A stretch of 64,000 nt of DNA from Candidatus Acidiferrales bacterium (GCA_050747085.1 JBOGNK010000175.1:1229-65228); one strand, 5' to 3'. Counted from the stretch's first letter, positions 17,564-25,454 are shown. The notes: generated by a model not told the origin, from the sequence alone. Translations and numbers: made by a program.

Positions 17564-19030
17564 TCAATTTCCCAAATTCGGATTGCTCATATTCCTAAGA
17601 TCGACAACTACCGAGGCTTGCTGAACGAGATAGGGACCGTTGTCAAAGCCGTTCTTGAAAGTAGGAAGTGCCGGGTCCATATTCGGCGTAGTGCGCGCCA
17701 CAACCGAAACCCGCGCGGATTGAATCAAGCTGAAGTCATAAGGATCGTTGTTCGGCGGAGGCGTCGTGGTGCAAGACGTGAATGTAACCGGATTGTTGCT
17801 CGTCCAGATGGCCCCGTTACAGAACAGCGCGGCATTATAGAAATAGGAACTGAGATCGGTTTGGGCGACCGACGGATCTTCGTTCCACACGGCCGCGCCA
17901 ACCTTGAAGCCGATAACCTGATCGGTCAATGGCTGACCGCCCCCCGCTGCACAGGGTGCACCCAAGCAACGCATCAACTGAGTATCGTTTGCGTTGGCAG
18001 GGTTCGTCTGGACGGCATACCAGACGCTTGCCGACCCAGCGCCGGGGGCGCCGAGATCTATGACGTAGGCATTCGGATTCCCGCCGCCGCCATAGGGGCC
18101 AGGCGAGATCGAGTTGTAATAGTTGTATCCATTGGGGGCGAGCGCATCGATAAAAATGCCGAGAGGGTCATCGAGCGCCCCGGGCGTCCCGTTCACGCTG
18201 GTCGTGTTATACGAATTGAGCTTTATGCAGCTAGCCAGGCTATTCGGGCATCCAGCAACGAGGGCGGACGCGTTCGAAGTCAAAGTCACCGCCGTCATGC
18301 AGAAGCTCGACTGCGATGCGAATGCCGCGGATGGATTCGACGGGCAATGCGGCTGAGTCGGAGGAATTGTCGTAAGCGGCGTGTTGCTGGGATTCAGTAC
18401 CAGCAGTTCGTCACCGGTCCTAAAATTGCTCGCGATTGTAGCCAGGGAAACCGTGTCGCTGGGATTCGCGTCGATCAAATAAATTGGCGCGACCGCGCTC
18501 GTGGTAACAGGATCTGCCGGGTTAGTAGGGATTGCGTCTGCAACACCAACGATCTGCAGCACCGGCACGGTCGGATAGAACGGCGAAGTTGCCGCGCAAC
18601 CATTGCAGGATTTGGGGCCGCCCATGATCTCGACCGAATCGAAGCAGGCGCTGGGGACAGGGTAAGCCCACGTCGCCGTGTTCACCGCACAAGCAGGAAC
18701 GCCCGCAGTTCCAGGCGAATCATTTTGGATGATGACGCCCAGAGAAATGCTTGGCGCGTTGGGCACGTTCTTTAGCAGATTTTGTCCGGCGCCGGACAAA
18801 TCCATCTCCACCTGCGCCATAGCGTTGCGAAGCCCGATGTTCACGGCCGAGAGATTTTGCTGATGCGTAATAAGCTGAACCTGTTTATTGAAAAGTGAAA
18901 AGGCGGCGCCCGCCACAACAACGAACACAACCATCGCGATCATGAGTTCAACTAGCGTGAAACCCGAGCTTGTCAGCTTCTGCATCGAGAGCTGCTGTCT
19001 GTGATGACACATGATTTTCGTTTGGGTCAT
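17564..19030 (-). CDS. PilW-like type IV minor pilin (prepilin-type N-terminal cleavage/methylation domain)
   Basis: SSG|FTLVELMIAMVVFVVVAGAAFSLF. ATG 19030 forms an ATGA overlap with the upstream stop. An alternative ATG at 18985 gives a short leader, MQKLTSSG. Confidence 0.7.
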   Translation of the reverse strand: MTQTKIMCHHRQQLSMQKLTSSGFTLVELMIAMVVFVVVAGAAFSLFNKQVQLITHQQNLSAVNIGLRNAMAQVEMDLSGAGQNLLKNVPNAPSISLGVIIQNDSPGTAGVPACAVNTATWAYPVPSACFDSVEIMGGPKSCNGCAATSPFYPTVPVLQIVGVADAIPTNPADPVTTSAVAPIYLIDANPSDTVSLATIASNFRTGDELLVLNPSNTPLTTIPPTQPHCPSNPSAAFASQSSFCMTAVTLTSNASALVAGCPNSLASCIKLNSYNTTSVNGTPGALDDPLGIFIDALAPNGYNYYNSISPGPYGGGGNPNAYVIDLGAPGAGSASVWYAVQTNPANANDTQLMRCLGAPCAAGGGQPLTDQVIGFKVGAAVWNEDPSVAQTDLSSYFYNAALFCNGAIWTSNNPVTFTSCTTTPPPNNDPYDFSLIQSARVSVVARTTPNMDPALPTFKNGFDNGPYLVQQASVVVDLRNMSNPNLGN

Positions 19031-19662
19031 GGCCGCACCATGCTCATCTGAAATGTGACCGGCGTTGAAGCGACTCCGCCGTTTAATGTAACTAATACCG
19101 TTACTCTCATGGTATCTATGGCCGCCTTCGGCCCTCCGCCGACGGCATTGATCGTAGGATCGTACGAAATCTGCCATCGCCTGGTGAATGTGGAACCGCC
19201 TCCCGCGGGCGCAGGCACACCACAGTTTGCCGGCGTATCCACACAACCGGTGCTGGTGTGAACAATTGTGCTTGTCGTGGGAGTCCCGTTCACGTCTTCG
19301 GTCTGAGTCTCGTAGTCGGCACCGTTTGCTTCGTTCACGGTCACTTGGTCGCAGAAATAGCTGCTGGCGCAGCCCGCTCCCCCGGCAAGGGCCCCGCAGA
19401 CCGTGCCGCCGGCAGGGGCGCCAGGGCAGGACAGAGTGGGATCGCTCGAGGGCAGCTTATTAAGGTCGTCCAATTTTTCCGAGGCCAGAACGTTCGCCAT
19501 ATTCATGTACCGAGAGCGAGTTCCCATGGCAACCGTGCCGGTAACGAAGGCGGCTACCGAAAGCAACCCGATGGCGAGGATCAGGATCGACACCATCACC
19601 TCGATCAGCGTGAAGCCTTCGCTCGTAATCCTTCTGCTAGTGAATTGTGTTCGTTGTGACAT
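19027..19662 (-). CDS. PilV-like type IV minor pilin
   Basis: SEG|FTLIEVMVSILILAIGLLSVA prepilin motif. Start moved to ATG 19662 (MSQRTQFTSRRITSEG). Confidence 0.7.
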   Translation of the reverse strand: MSQRTQFTSRRITSEGFTLIEVMVSILILAIGLLSVAAFVTGTVAMGTRSRYMNMANVLASEKLDDLNKLPSSDPTLSCPGAPAGGTVCGALAGGAGCASSYFCDQVTVNEANGADYETQTEDVNGTPTTSTIVHTSTGCVDTPANCGVPAPAGGGSTFTRRWQISYDPTINAVGGGPKAAIDTMRVTVLVTLNGGVASTPVTFQMSMVRP

Positions 19663-20134
19663 TTCCCACGCTCGAGACTGTGATATTGATCTGCCTACCT
19701 TGGTAGGTGATCGAAATAACTGGTGGAGCAGTATTTCCTGCACTCGTGCAGCTGCCTCCCGCCCCGTAAACCATCCCGTTGGGGCAAAGAGTAAATTCAT
19801 ATGTAGCGGCAGTGCCTCCGTTAATCGCGATGGCAGAGCTTGGGAATGGAACTGCCCGATCGGTCTGGCCCGTATTCTGGTTGATCGCGATGTACGTATC
19901 TGCCGGCGCGTGCAGGTCAAGCACGTAAATTTGACTGGTCATAATCGCTCGGTAGCGCGTCTTCGACACGGCTCCCGAGACTGCGGCGGCCATCGAGTTC
20001 ATGCGCATGTTCGCCATTGCACTGGTGAACAACGGCACCGCCAAGGCTGTAAGGATCGCGCCGACAACCAGCACGATCATGAGCTCGATTATGCTGAAGC
20101 CTCTGGATTCACGCTGCGATGAGATACGACCCAT
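19637..20134 (-). CDS. FimT/GspH-like type IV minor pilin
   Basis: SRG|FSIIELMIVLVVGAILTALAVPLF prepilin motif. Start at ATG 20134 or 20152; the longer track ORF (20215) is less likely. Confidence 0.65.
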   Translation of the reverse strand: MGRISSQRESRGFSIIELMIVLVVGAILTALAVPLFTSAMANMRMNSMAAAVSGAVSKTRYRAIMTSQIYVLDLHAPADTYIAINQNTGQTDRAVPFPSSAIAINGGTAATYEFTLCPNGMVYGAGGSCTSAGNTAPPVISITYQGRQINITVSSVGNVTTNTIH

Positions 20135-20385
20135 TTCTATTCTCTTCCTCATGCTGCAGGCATAAGTGATCTGGCCCGCTTGCGTGGTCTGGTAGGGCAA
20201 TTCGGAAGCCATCACTATCTGCGGCTATCCCTCTAAGGGACAACCACTTACGCGCCGTGTACCGCGATACACAGCCTTCGGCCAAAGTGGCGCGAGTAGA
20301 AACGTTACAGATCAGGCGGCGTGCTGGATGGGACTGCAGTTTGGAGGACTAGCGGCGGACATTTAACCAGGGGAAGGCTGATCGC

Positions 20386-21498
20386 TCACGCTGCGCTGCC
20401 GGCCCCGGCTGCCGGCGCGAGAGCAATCTGCACGAGACCAATCAGGGGGCTCGTCGTTTTCGCCTTCATACCAGCAGTCAGCACTCCCGTACGGGCGAAC
20501 GATTTCTCGCAATCCGCGGAAGACGGACCACGCATATCGCCCTCCATGTAGGCCAGGCCGGGGCATCGCGTACATGTGCCAACGTGCGCGCAATTGGAAC
20601 ACGTCGGAAGATCGCGCGACCGAATCGACCGTACGTCGTTCATCGCGGACGAATGCTCCCAAATGTCGATGAATCTTTCGCTGCGAACGTTTCCACAAGG
20701 CACCGGAAATTGCACACAGGGATAGACATCGCCATATGGAGAGATGTAGCAGGATGTATGCCCGGCGCTGCACGGGATATCGTCCATCGTACTTTCGTCC
20801 ACAGGCGCAGGCGGTGCGCAGAACTGATCCACATCTCCCACCAGGTCGGGATTATGCAAGACGTTCGCTAAATCGTCGCGGCCGATGCGCAGTTGCAGGA
20901 CCGAGGTGTTGCCGTCCATCATTGGCGTGATCGTTGGATCGAGGGTGTATTTCGCATCCAACTCCCGCGCGAGCTTCTGCACTTCCGGCCCGTCGTGCAG
21001 GTTGTAACGCATCAGGACGTTCGCGACGATAACATTCAGGCCTTGCGACCTGAGGAAACGGATCGCGCCAATCGTGCGCTTCAACGATCCGGGCAGTCGC
21101 GTGATTGCGTCATGGACTTCCGGGCGGTGCGAGTACACGCTGATCTGAACTTTGTCGACCCCAAGCGCCCTGAGACGCTTTGCCTGCTCTTCTCGAATCA
21201 TCACGGCGTTTGTTTTCAGCTTGATCTGGAACGTCAGGTCTCGCGCGCGTGCAATAATGTCGAAAAGATCGCGCCGCATGAGCGGCTCGCCGCCGCTCAA
21301 CGTCAGAAACAGAACGCCTGCTCCTGCCATTTGGTCCAGCAAGCTGAATATCTCAGCCGTGGTCATTTCACCCTTATCATCATGCTCCAGGTAGCAATGG
21401 TCGCAGCGTTCGTTGCAGCGATACGTTAGATCAAGATGGGCGCTAAGCGGCACACCGAGGCGAAAGGCCTTGCTGCTTAGCTCCTGCAACAAACTCAT
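20386..21498 (-). CDS. Radical SAM enzyme with C-terminal SPASM domain (peptide maturase type)
   Basis: CNERCDHC (CxxxCxxC). GGEPLM. SPASM Cys pattern CSAG..SCYISPYGDVYPC...CSNC...GTCTRCPG. Confidence 0.9.
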   Translation of the reverse strand: MSLLQELSSKAFRLGVPLSAHLDLTYRCNERCDHCYLEHDDKGEMTTAEIFSLLDQMAGAGVLFLTLSGGEPLMRRDLFDIIARARDLTFQIKLKTNAVMIREEQAKRLRALGVDKVQISVYSHRPEVHDAITRLPGSLKRTIGAIRFLRSQGLNVIVANVLMRYNLHDGPEVQKLARELDAKYTLDPTITPMMDGNTSVLQLRIGRDDLANVLHNPDLVGDVDQFCAPPAPVDESTMDDIPCSAGHTSCYISPYGDVYPCVQFPVPCGNVRSERFIDIWEHSSAMNDVRSIRSRDLPTCSNCAHVGTCTRCPGLAYMEGDMRGPSSADCEKSFARTGVLTAGMKAKTTSPLIGLVQIALAPAAGAGSAA

Positions 21499-21809
21499 GA
21501 ATTGGCTCCTGGGACGCGGTCTGCTTCGGCAATCGCATGGTCGGAAATAACGAGCAATCCTCGGTTTGCCAGTCCTGCCACAAACTCCTCGGCGTCGCGA
21601 CTTGCGGTTTCAGGAGGGACATCGTACTGGTCGCAAATACCAGCCACAATCGAGCTCAGCGGCGTTCGTCCATCCGCCATGCGCCAGATAAACGATCCCA
21701 GTTCGTCCAGGCTGAACAGCGTTGTGTCGCCGGCTGACATGACGATTGTTTCGCCACCTAAGACCCGGTATGCGAGAGCCGGCCCGCGGGCAATAAATCG
21801 TTCGCTCAT
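21495..21809 (-). CDS. PqqD-family peptide chaperone (RiPP recognition element)
   Basis: LFSLDELGSFIWRMADGRTPLSSIVAGICDQYDVPPETASRDAEEFVAGLANRGLL is a typical PqqD/RRE pattern. ATGA overlaps at both ends (21809/21806 and 21498/21495). Confidence 0.8.
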   Translation of the reverse strand: MSERFIARGPALAYRVLGGETIVMSAGDTTLFSLDELGSFIWRMADGRTPLSSIVAGICDQYDVPPETASRDAEEFVAGLANRGLLVISDHAIAEADRVPGANS

Positions 21810-22642
21810 CGGATCAGATCCCAAACGCGCTCGTCGGGCGCGAAGGCCAGTCTTTGCACGGGAACACATGACACGAACTCAACGGCGGCTTCGAACACGC
21901 GCTTCACGAGGTCCGTATCGCGCGCGAAGAACAGAATGTTTCGAAGCAGAGATCGCGCCGCCATGGCCGTATCGACCGAGGCCAGGCAATTCTCGCGGCC
22001 CTTCTCGAGCAGGAATGCGCCCCCGATAGGCGCAGAGACATTCTCTCCGGACCTTTGTAAAGAACCCGCGAACGGCGTTCCGTAGGCGCGATACCCATCG
22101 CCGCTGCGGCGAATGTACGAAATCTCGTCCGTCAGCAAAACAGCGTCCGGCGGAGCAAGCTGCGAAATCGTCGTCTTACCCGCACCCGAAACTCCCGTGA
22201 AAAGGAACGCGCGCCCGTTGCGGACAACGCTCGACGCGTGGAGCAGGAACCCTCCTTCTTCTGCCAGCAGCAGGGTGTGGACGATCCGGAGCACTGCGTC
22301 GATCGAGTATGGGTTCGCTTCTTGCCTCACCCAGCCACGCCGCGAAACGGCGTTCCATTCGGCCGCAAGATCGCCACGCTCGATGCGCCACACGCAGCCG
22401 CGCTTGGAAAGTTGCAACTCAGGCTCCATGCTCGCCGCGGAACTCTGAAGGAGTATGTCGAACTCAGACGAGGCGGCGGCATCCTCGCTCAAAAATCCCG
22501 CATAGCGACTTGAAAGTACTTCGTCGAAACCGGGCTTATCGGATCGCAACCGCACTGCAATGCCGCCGATTTCAATTGTTGTGGTACTGGCTGGGATTCG
22601 ACCGAGTGGCTGAACGGGCGCGATTCCGGCACGGCTGTTCAA
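21806..22642 (-). CDS. HPr-kinase-related P-loop protein (putative peptide Ser kinase)
   Basis: LLHASSVVRNGRAFLFTGVSGAGKTT (Walker A in an HprK C-terminal-like context), followed by LLTDEISYI. The size and context resemble RiPP-associated HprK-like kinases. Confidence 0.65.
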   Translation of the reverse strand: MNSRAGIAPVQPLGRIPASTTTIEIGGIAVRLRSDKPGFDEVLSSRYAGFLSEDAAASSEFDILLQSSAASMEPELQLSKRGCVWRIERGDLAAEWNAVSRRGWVRQEANPYSIDAVLRIVHTLLLAEEGGFLLHASSVVRNGRAFLFTGVSGAGKTTISQLAPPDAVLLTDEISYIRRSGDGYRAYGTPFAGSLQRSGENVSAPIGGAFLLEKGRENCLASVDTAMAARSLLRNILFFARDTDLVKRVFEAAVEFVSCVPVQRLAFAPDERVWDLIR

Positions 22643-23151
22643 GCAACATCTCCAGACAGTTTAGCCTCATATCGCACGTTTGGCCGCTGAATGATGCGGC
22701 GAAGCAGGAAATGAACGCGAAGAAGGCTGTTCCTGAGACTCGTAGACCGTTGCAACAGCATTCGGAGGATCGAACGCACCACGCCGTGGCCGGCTTCGGG
22801 ACAGAACCGTCGATCGCGACGCACAACAAATTCCACGGATCCGAGAAAGTCTTCCTTGCGCACCGGGTCGGGATCCTCGAATGGCAGTGAATCACCGCGG
22901 GTAATCAATACTCGGCCACCGGGTCGGAGTTCCTCGCGCACGACGCGATGGGTGCACAAATGGCCGCGATTGATGGCAAGAACCACATCGCCCGCCTTTG
23001 CCTGTTCAAAACGTTGTTTTCGGATTTTCAGCCCGTCTCCGGGGAAAATTGTCGGCAACATGCTTCCGCCACGCGCGATCGATCGGATTTCACCCGCAGA
23101 GTGCAGAAGTTCTACCGCCAGTTCTCGATGAATGTCGCCCGACGAACACAT
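22639..23151 (-). CDS. S24/S26-family serine peptidase (SipW-like) without a membrane anchor; putative leader peptidase
   Basis: GGSMLPTIFPGD (catalytic Ser box), GDVVLA, THRVV and ITRGDS boxes. There is no N-terminal TM segment. Confidence 0.7.
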   Translation of the reverse strand: MCSSGDIHRELAVELLHSAGEIRSIARGGSMLPTIFPGDGLKIRKQRFEQAKAGDVVLAINRGHLCTHRVVREELRPGGRVLITRGDSLPFEDPDPVRKEDFLGSVEFVVRRDRRFCPEAGHGVVRSILRMLLQRSTSLRNSLLRVHFLLRRIIQRPNVRYEAKLSGDVA

Positions 23152-23163
23152 TCCGCAATCTCT

Positions 23164-23292
23164 CTAGGAGAATTTCGCTTGAGGTCCAGAGCACTGTGCG
23201 CTGACATTACCCGTTTTGCCGCACGCAATGGCCATGGTCTCGAAAACCTGTTCGCATCGGAATGAGGGCTTCGCGTACGGCTTCTTTTGCAT
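23164..23292 (-). CDS. Candidate RiPP precursor peptide (42 aa)
   Basis: Verified by hand: MQKKPYAKPSFRCEQVFETMAIACGKTGNVSAQCSGPQAKFS*. GGAG lies 9 nt upstream of the ATG. The stop is 12 nt upstream of the peptidase gene. An alternative in-frame ATG at 23343 gives 59 aa. Confidence 0.45.
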   Translation of the reverse strand: MQKKPYAKPSFRCEQVFETMAIACGKTGNVSAQCSGPQAKFS

Positions 23293-23339
23293 CCGCGACG
23301 ACTCCGATTTCGCGTCGCTTCTCACATGAGCTTCGTCGT

Positions 23340-25454
23340 TCATTGCAGACCATTCTGGGTCAGTTTCACGGCGCACCCTCCCGTGTTTGTGGTAACCGTG
23401 GTCACGTTGCATGTGGTGTTTTCCCGTGTAGCACCAAAGTAGATGCTGGATGCCTGCCCGGAGGAACTGTCGTTATCCACAATCATGCCGGTTGGACCCA
23501 TACCCTCCTGCACAACGGTAAGACCAACACCGCCGTTCATAAACGAAGTTCCAATGTTCACCGACCCGAGATTTCCGCTCGGACTCTGCTGGTCCTCGAG
23601 AGCGCCGAAAAACAACCAGTCTGTCGCGGTCGCCGGGTTGTAGAACTCCATCAGTGGAGCCCATTGATAGCCTGGTCCGCCGCCGAGCGATTCGGACCAC
23701 TTCGGAACGCCTGCAGCAACAGTCCCGGTCGCAGTGAGCGCTACGCCGTACACCATAATAGAAGGTGGCGTCGTAGTGTTGCCGGAATTCGGGGCACAGC
23801 CAGCAACGGTTCCAGATACGCCCGTCACATAGATCAGGGCGCCCGCGGAGGTGATGCTGTTCAGGTAGGCGTTATTCACAGTCGGCTCTTCGGCATCGCA
23901 TTGGCCGCCCGTGCCAATCGGAACTGCGGCAAATGAACCCAGGTTCTTATCGCTGGCCTGCACGAGGACTCCCGAGGCCCCGCCGCTCGCGGATCCGGCC
24001 CCGCTAACCGCATAGACGAAGCCGTCTATGTCATCGACCATCGGTGTAGCGACGATCCCGCCGTGCGTTCCGCCGGTCCCCACTTGCACCGAGCTGACTT
24101 GCCCCTGCTGCGTAACCCCATAGAGATTCCCATCCGAACAACCAACGAAAACAGTTCCCGTCGCGAAGTCAACAGTCGGAGAGGTCAGCACGCCGCCACA
24201 TACTTGGACGAATCCTCCTGCACCCCAAGTTGTGTCGATGCTGGGCGACGGACCGCTGGATTCGCTGGCGCAGTCGTGGTTCACACCGTTGATTCCCATG
24301 CAGAAGACGTCCTTGATGCGATAGAGCTGCCCCACGTCGTTTCCGACGTAAGCCGTGTCCGCACCATAATCGATGTATGGCGAAGAGAGGGTGTCGGTCG
24401 AGGAACCAAATGGCAGGTCGGTCGCCGTCGCTGTTCCTGTGCCAATCGCCGGTGTTGTGGTCACAAACGTGTTGATCGTAACCGGCGCCTGAGTCGTAAT
24501 ATCGACCGTAAGTCCACCGGCTCCTGCCCGTGACGTAGTTGTACTCAGCGGCCCCCCCGCTGTATAGCCTGTACCGACGGCCGTAATTGTGATCGTGGCC
24601 ACCGGTCCATTGTTTCCGGGTCCGCTATGGCTCGCGACGCGATATGTTCCTGTTTGATTGCCATTTTGGATGATGGCTCCTGTGTCGCCAGTGTGATACT
24701 TAGTGCCGCCACTAGCGACAGTCGCAGTCACGATCTGACCAAGTCCTACTGCCTGAAGATTGCCTGCTTGTCGCCCGTCGCCTGCATTCCATGCCAGAAC
24801 ATGAAAATGCGCGGCGCCACTTCCTGACTCAACGAATGCGACTTTCTTGCCGGTTCCAGTTCCATTCTGGTCGAAAGAAAGCTCGGGAGAAGTCGTCACA
24901 GCTCCCCCGCCCGGTATTCCTTGCACGTTATATGACCAATAGACATTCGCTGAAGTACCAGCACAAAGACCCGCGGGAGTGGTTCCGCTGTACAGGTTGT
25001 TGAAGGCTACGATGTTTGGCTGAGCAGCGCTTCCTGCCGCATCGATTGGATAAACGACGAAATCGTTCGTGCAACTGGGTGCTGCCGTGAGATCGAAGCT
25101 GTATTTCGCGGGATACATCATCGGCGCGACGCCGTTCTGCCCCAGATAGATGCTCCAGTCGCGGTGCGGGCCCTTACTCGTGCTGCCAGCCTGTCCGCGG
25201 CCACCACGCCAGCCGCGGCGGCCAAGCTGCCGCTGCCACATCATCATCGCCCGCGGATCGCGCTGTGCAGCGATCATCTTGTCGATCGGACCGGTCCGCG
25301 GATAGATCAGGTGGCGCGTCGTCCAATCGGACAGGCCGGGCACGCGTTTGGCGCCGGGCTGAGAATTCTCACCAATGCCTGGAAATATCGCCAAGCTGAG
25401 GAGACATAGACCTACGAGAAAGGGACCACGCGAAAGAAGGGGTTTTCGCATCAT
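23340..25454 (-). CDS. Secreted repeat protein, probably beta-propeller (PQQ/BamB-like blades) with Gly/Thr-rich insert
   Basis: Signal peptide MMRKPLLSRGPFLVGLCLLSLAIFPG. Recurrent blade-like strands (GQLYRIKD, GNLYGVTQQG, GFVYAVSG, ALIYVTGVSG). Confidence 0.5.
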   Translation of the reverse strand: MMRKPLLSRGPFLVGLCLLSLAIFPGIGENSQPGAKRVPGLSDWTTRHLIYPRTGPIDKMIAAQRDPRAMMMWQRQLGRRGWRGGRGQAGSTSKGPHRDWSIYLGQNGVAPMMYPAKYSFDLTAAPSCTNDFVVYPIDAAGSAAQPNIVAFNNLYSGTTPAGLCAGTSANVYWSYNVQGIPGGGAVTTSPELSFDQNGTGTGKKVAFVESGSGAAHFHVLAWNAGDGRQAGNLQAVGLGQIVTATVASGGTKYHTGDTGAIIQNGNQTGTYRVASHSGPGNNGPVATITITAVGTGYTAGGPLSTTTSRAGAGGLTVDITTQAPVTINTFVTTTPAIGTGTATATDLPFGSSTDTLSSPYIDYGADTAYVGNDVGQLYRIKDVFCMGINGVNHDCASESSGPSPSIDTTWGAGGFVQVCGGVLTSPTVDFATGTVFVGCSDGNLYGVTQQGQVSSVQVGTGGTHGGIVATPMVDDIDGFVYAVSGAGSASGGASGVLVQASDKNLGSFAAVPIGTGGQCDAEEPTVNNAYLNSITSAGALIYVTGVSGTVAGCAPNSGNTTTPPSIMVYGVALTATGTVAAGVPKWSESLGGGPGYQWAPLMEFYNPATATDWLFFGALEDQQSPSGNLGSVNIGTSFMNGGVGLTVVQEGMGPTGMIVDNDSSSGQASSIYFGATRENTTCNVTTVTTNTGGCAVKLTQNGLQ

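Noticed and set aside
17483-18775. 430-aa plus-strand ORF
   Set aside because: It is antisense to the PilW-like gene, extremely Arg-rich and has no motifs, so it is a shadow ORF.
20312-20362. 16-codon minus-strand ORF (MSAASPPNCSPIQHAA) just downstream of the rSAM gene, considered as an alternative precursor
   Set aside because: It is very short, has no Shine-Dalgarno sequence and no leader-like motif. The 42-aa ORF at the head of the operon is a far better candidate.
20386-23412. Interpretation as an ordinary lasso-peptide cluster
   Set aside because: The window contains no Asn-synthetase-like cyclase and no transglutaminase-like B2 protease. The putative core has no Asp/Glu at positions 7-9 for macrolactam formation. 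An rSAM/SPASM enzyme occupies the maturase position instead.
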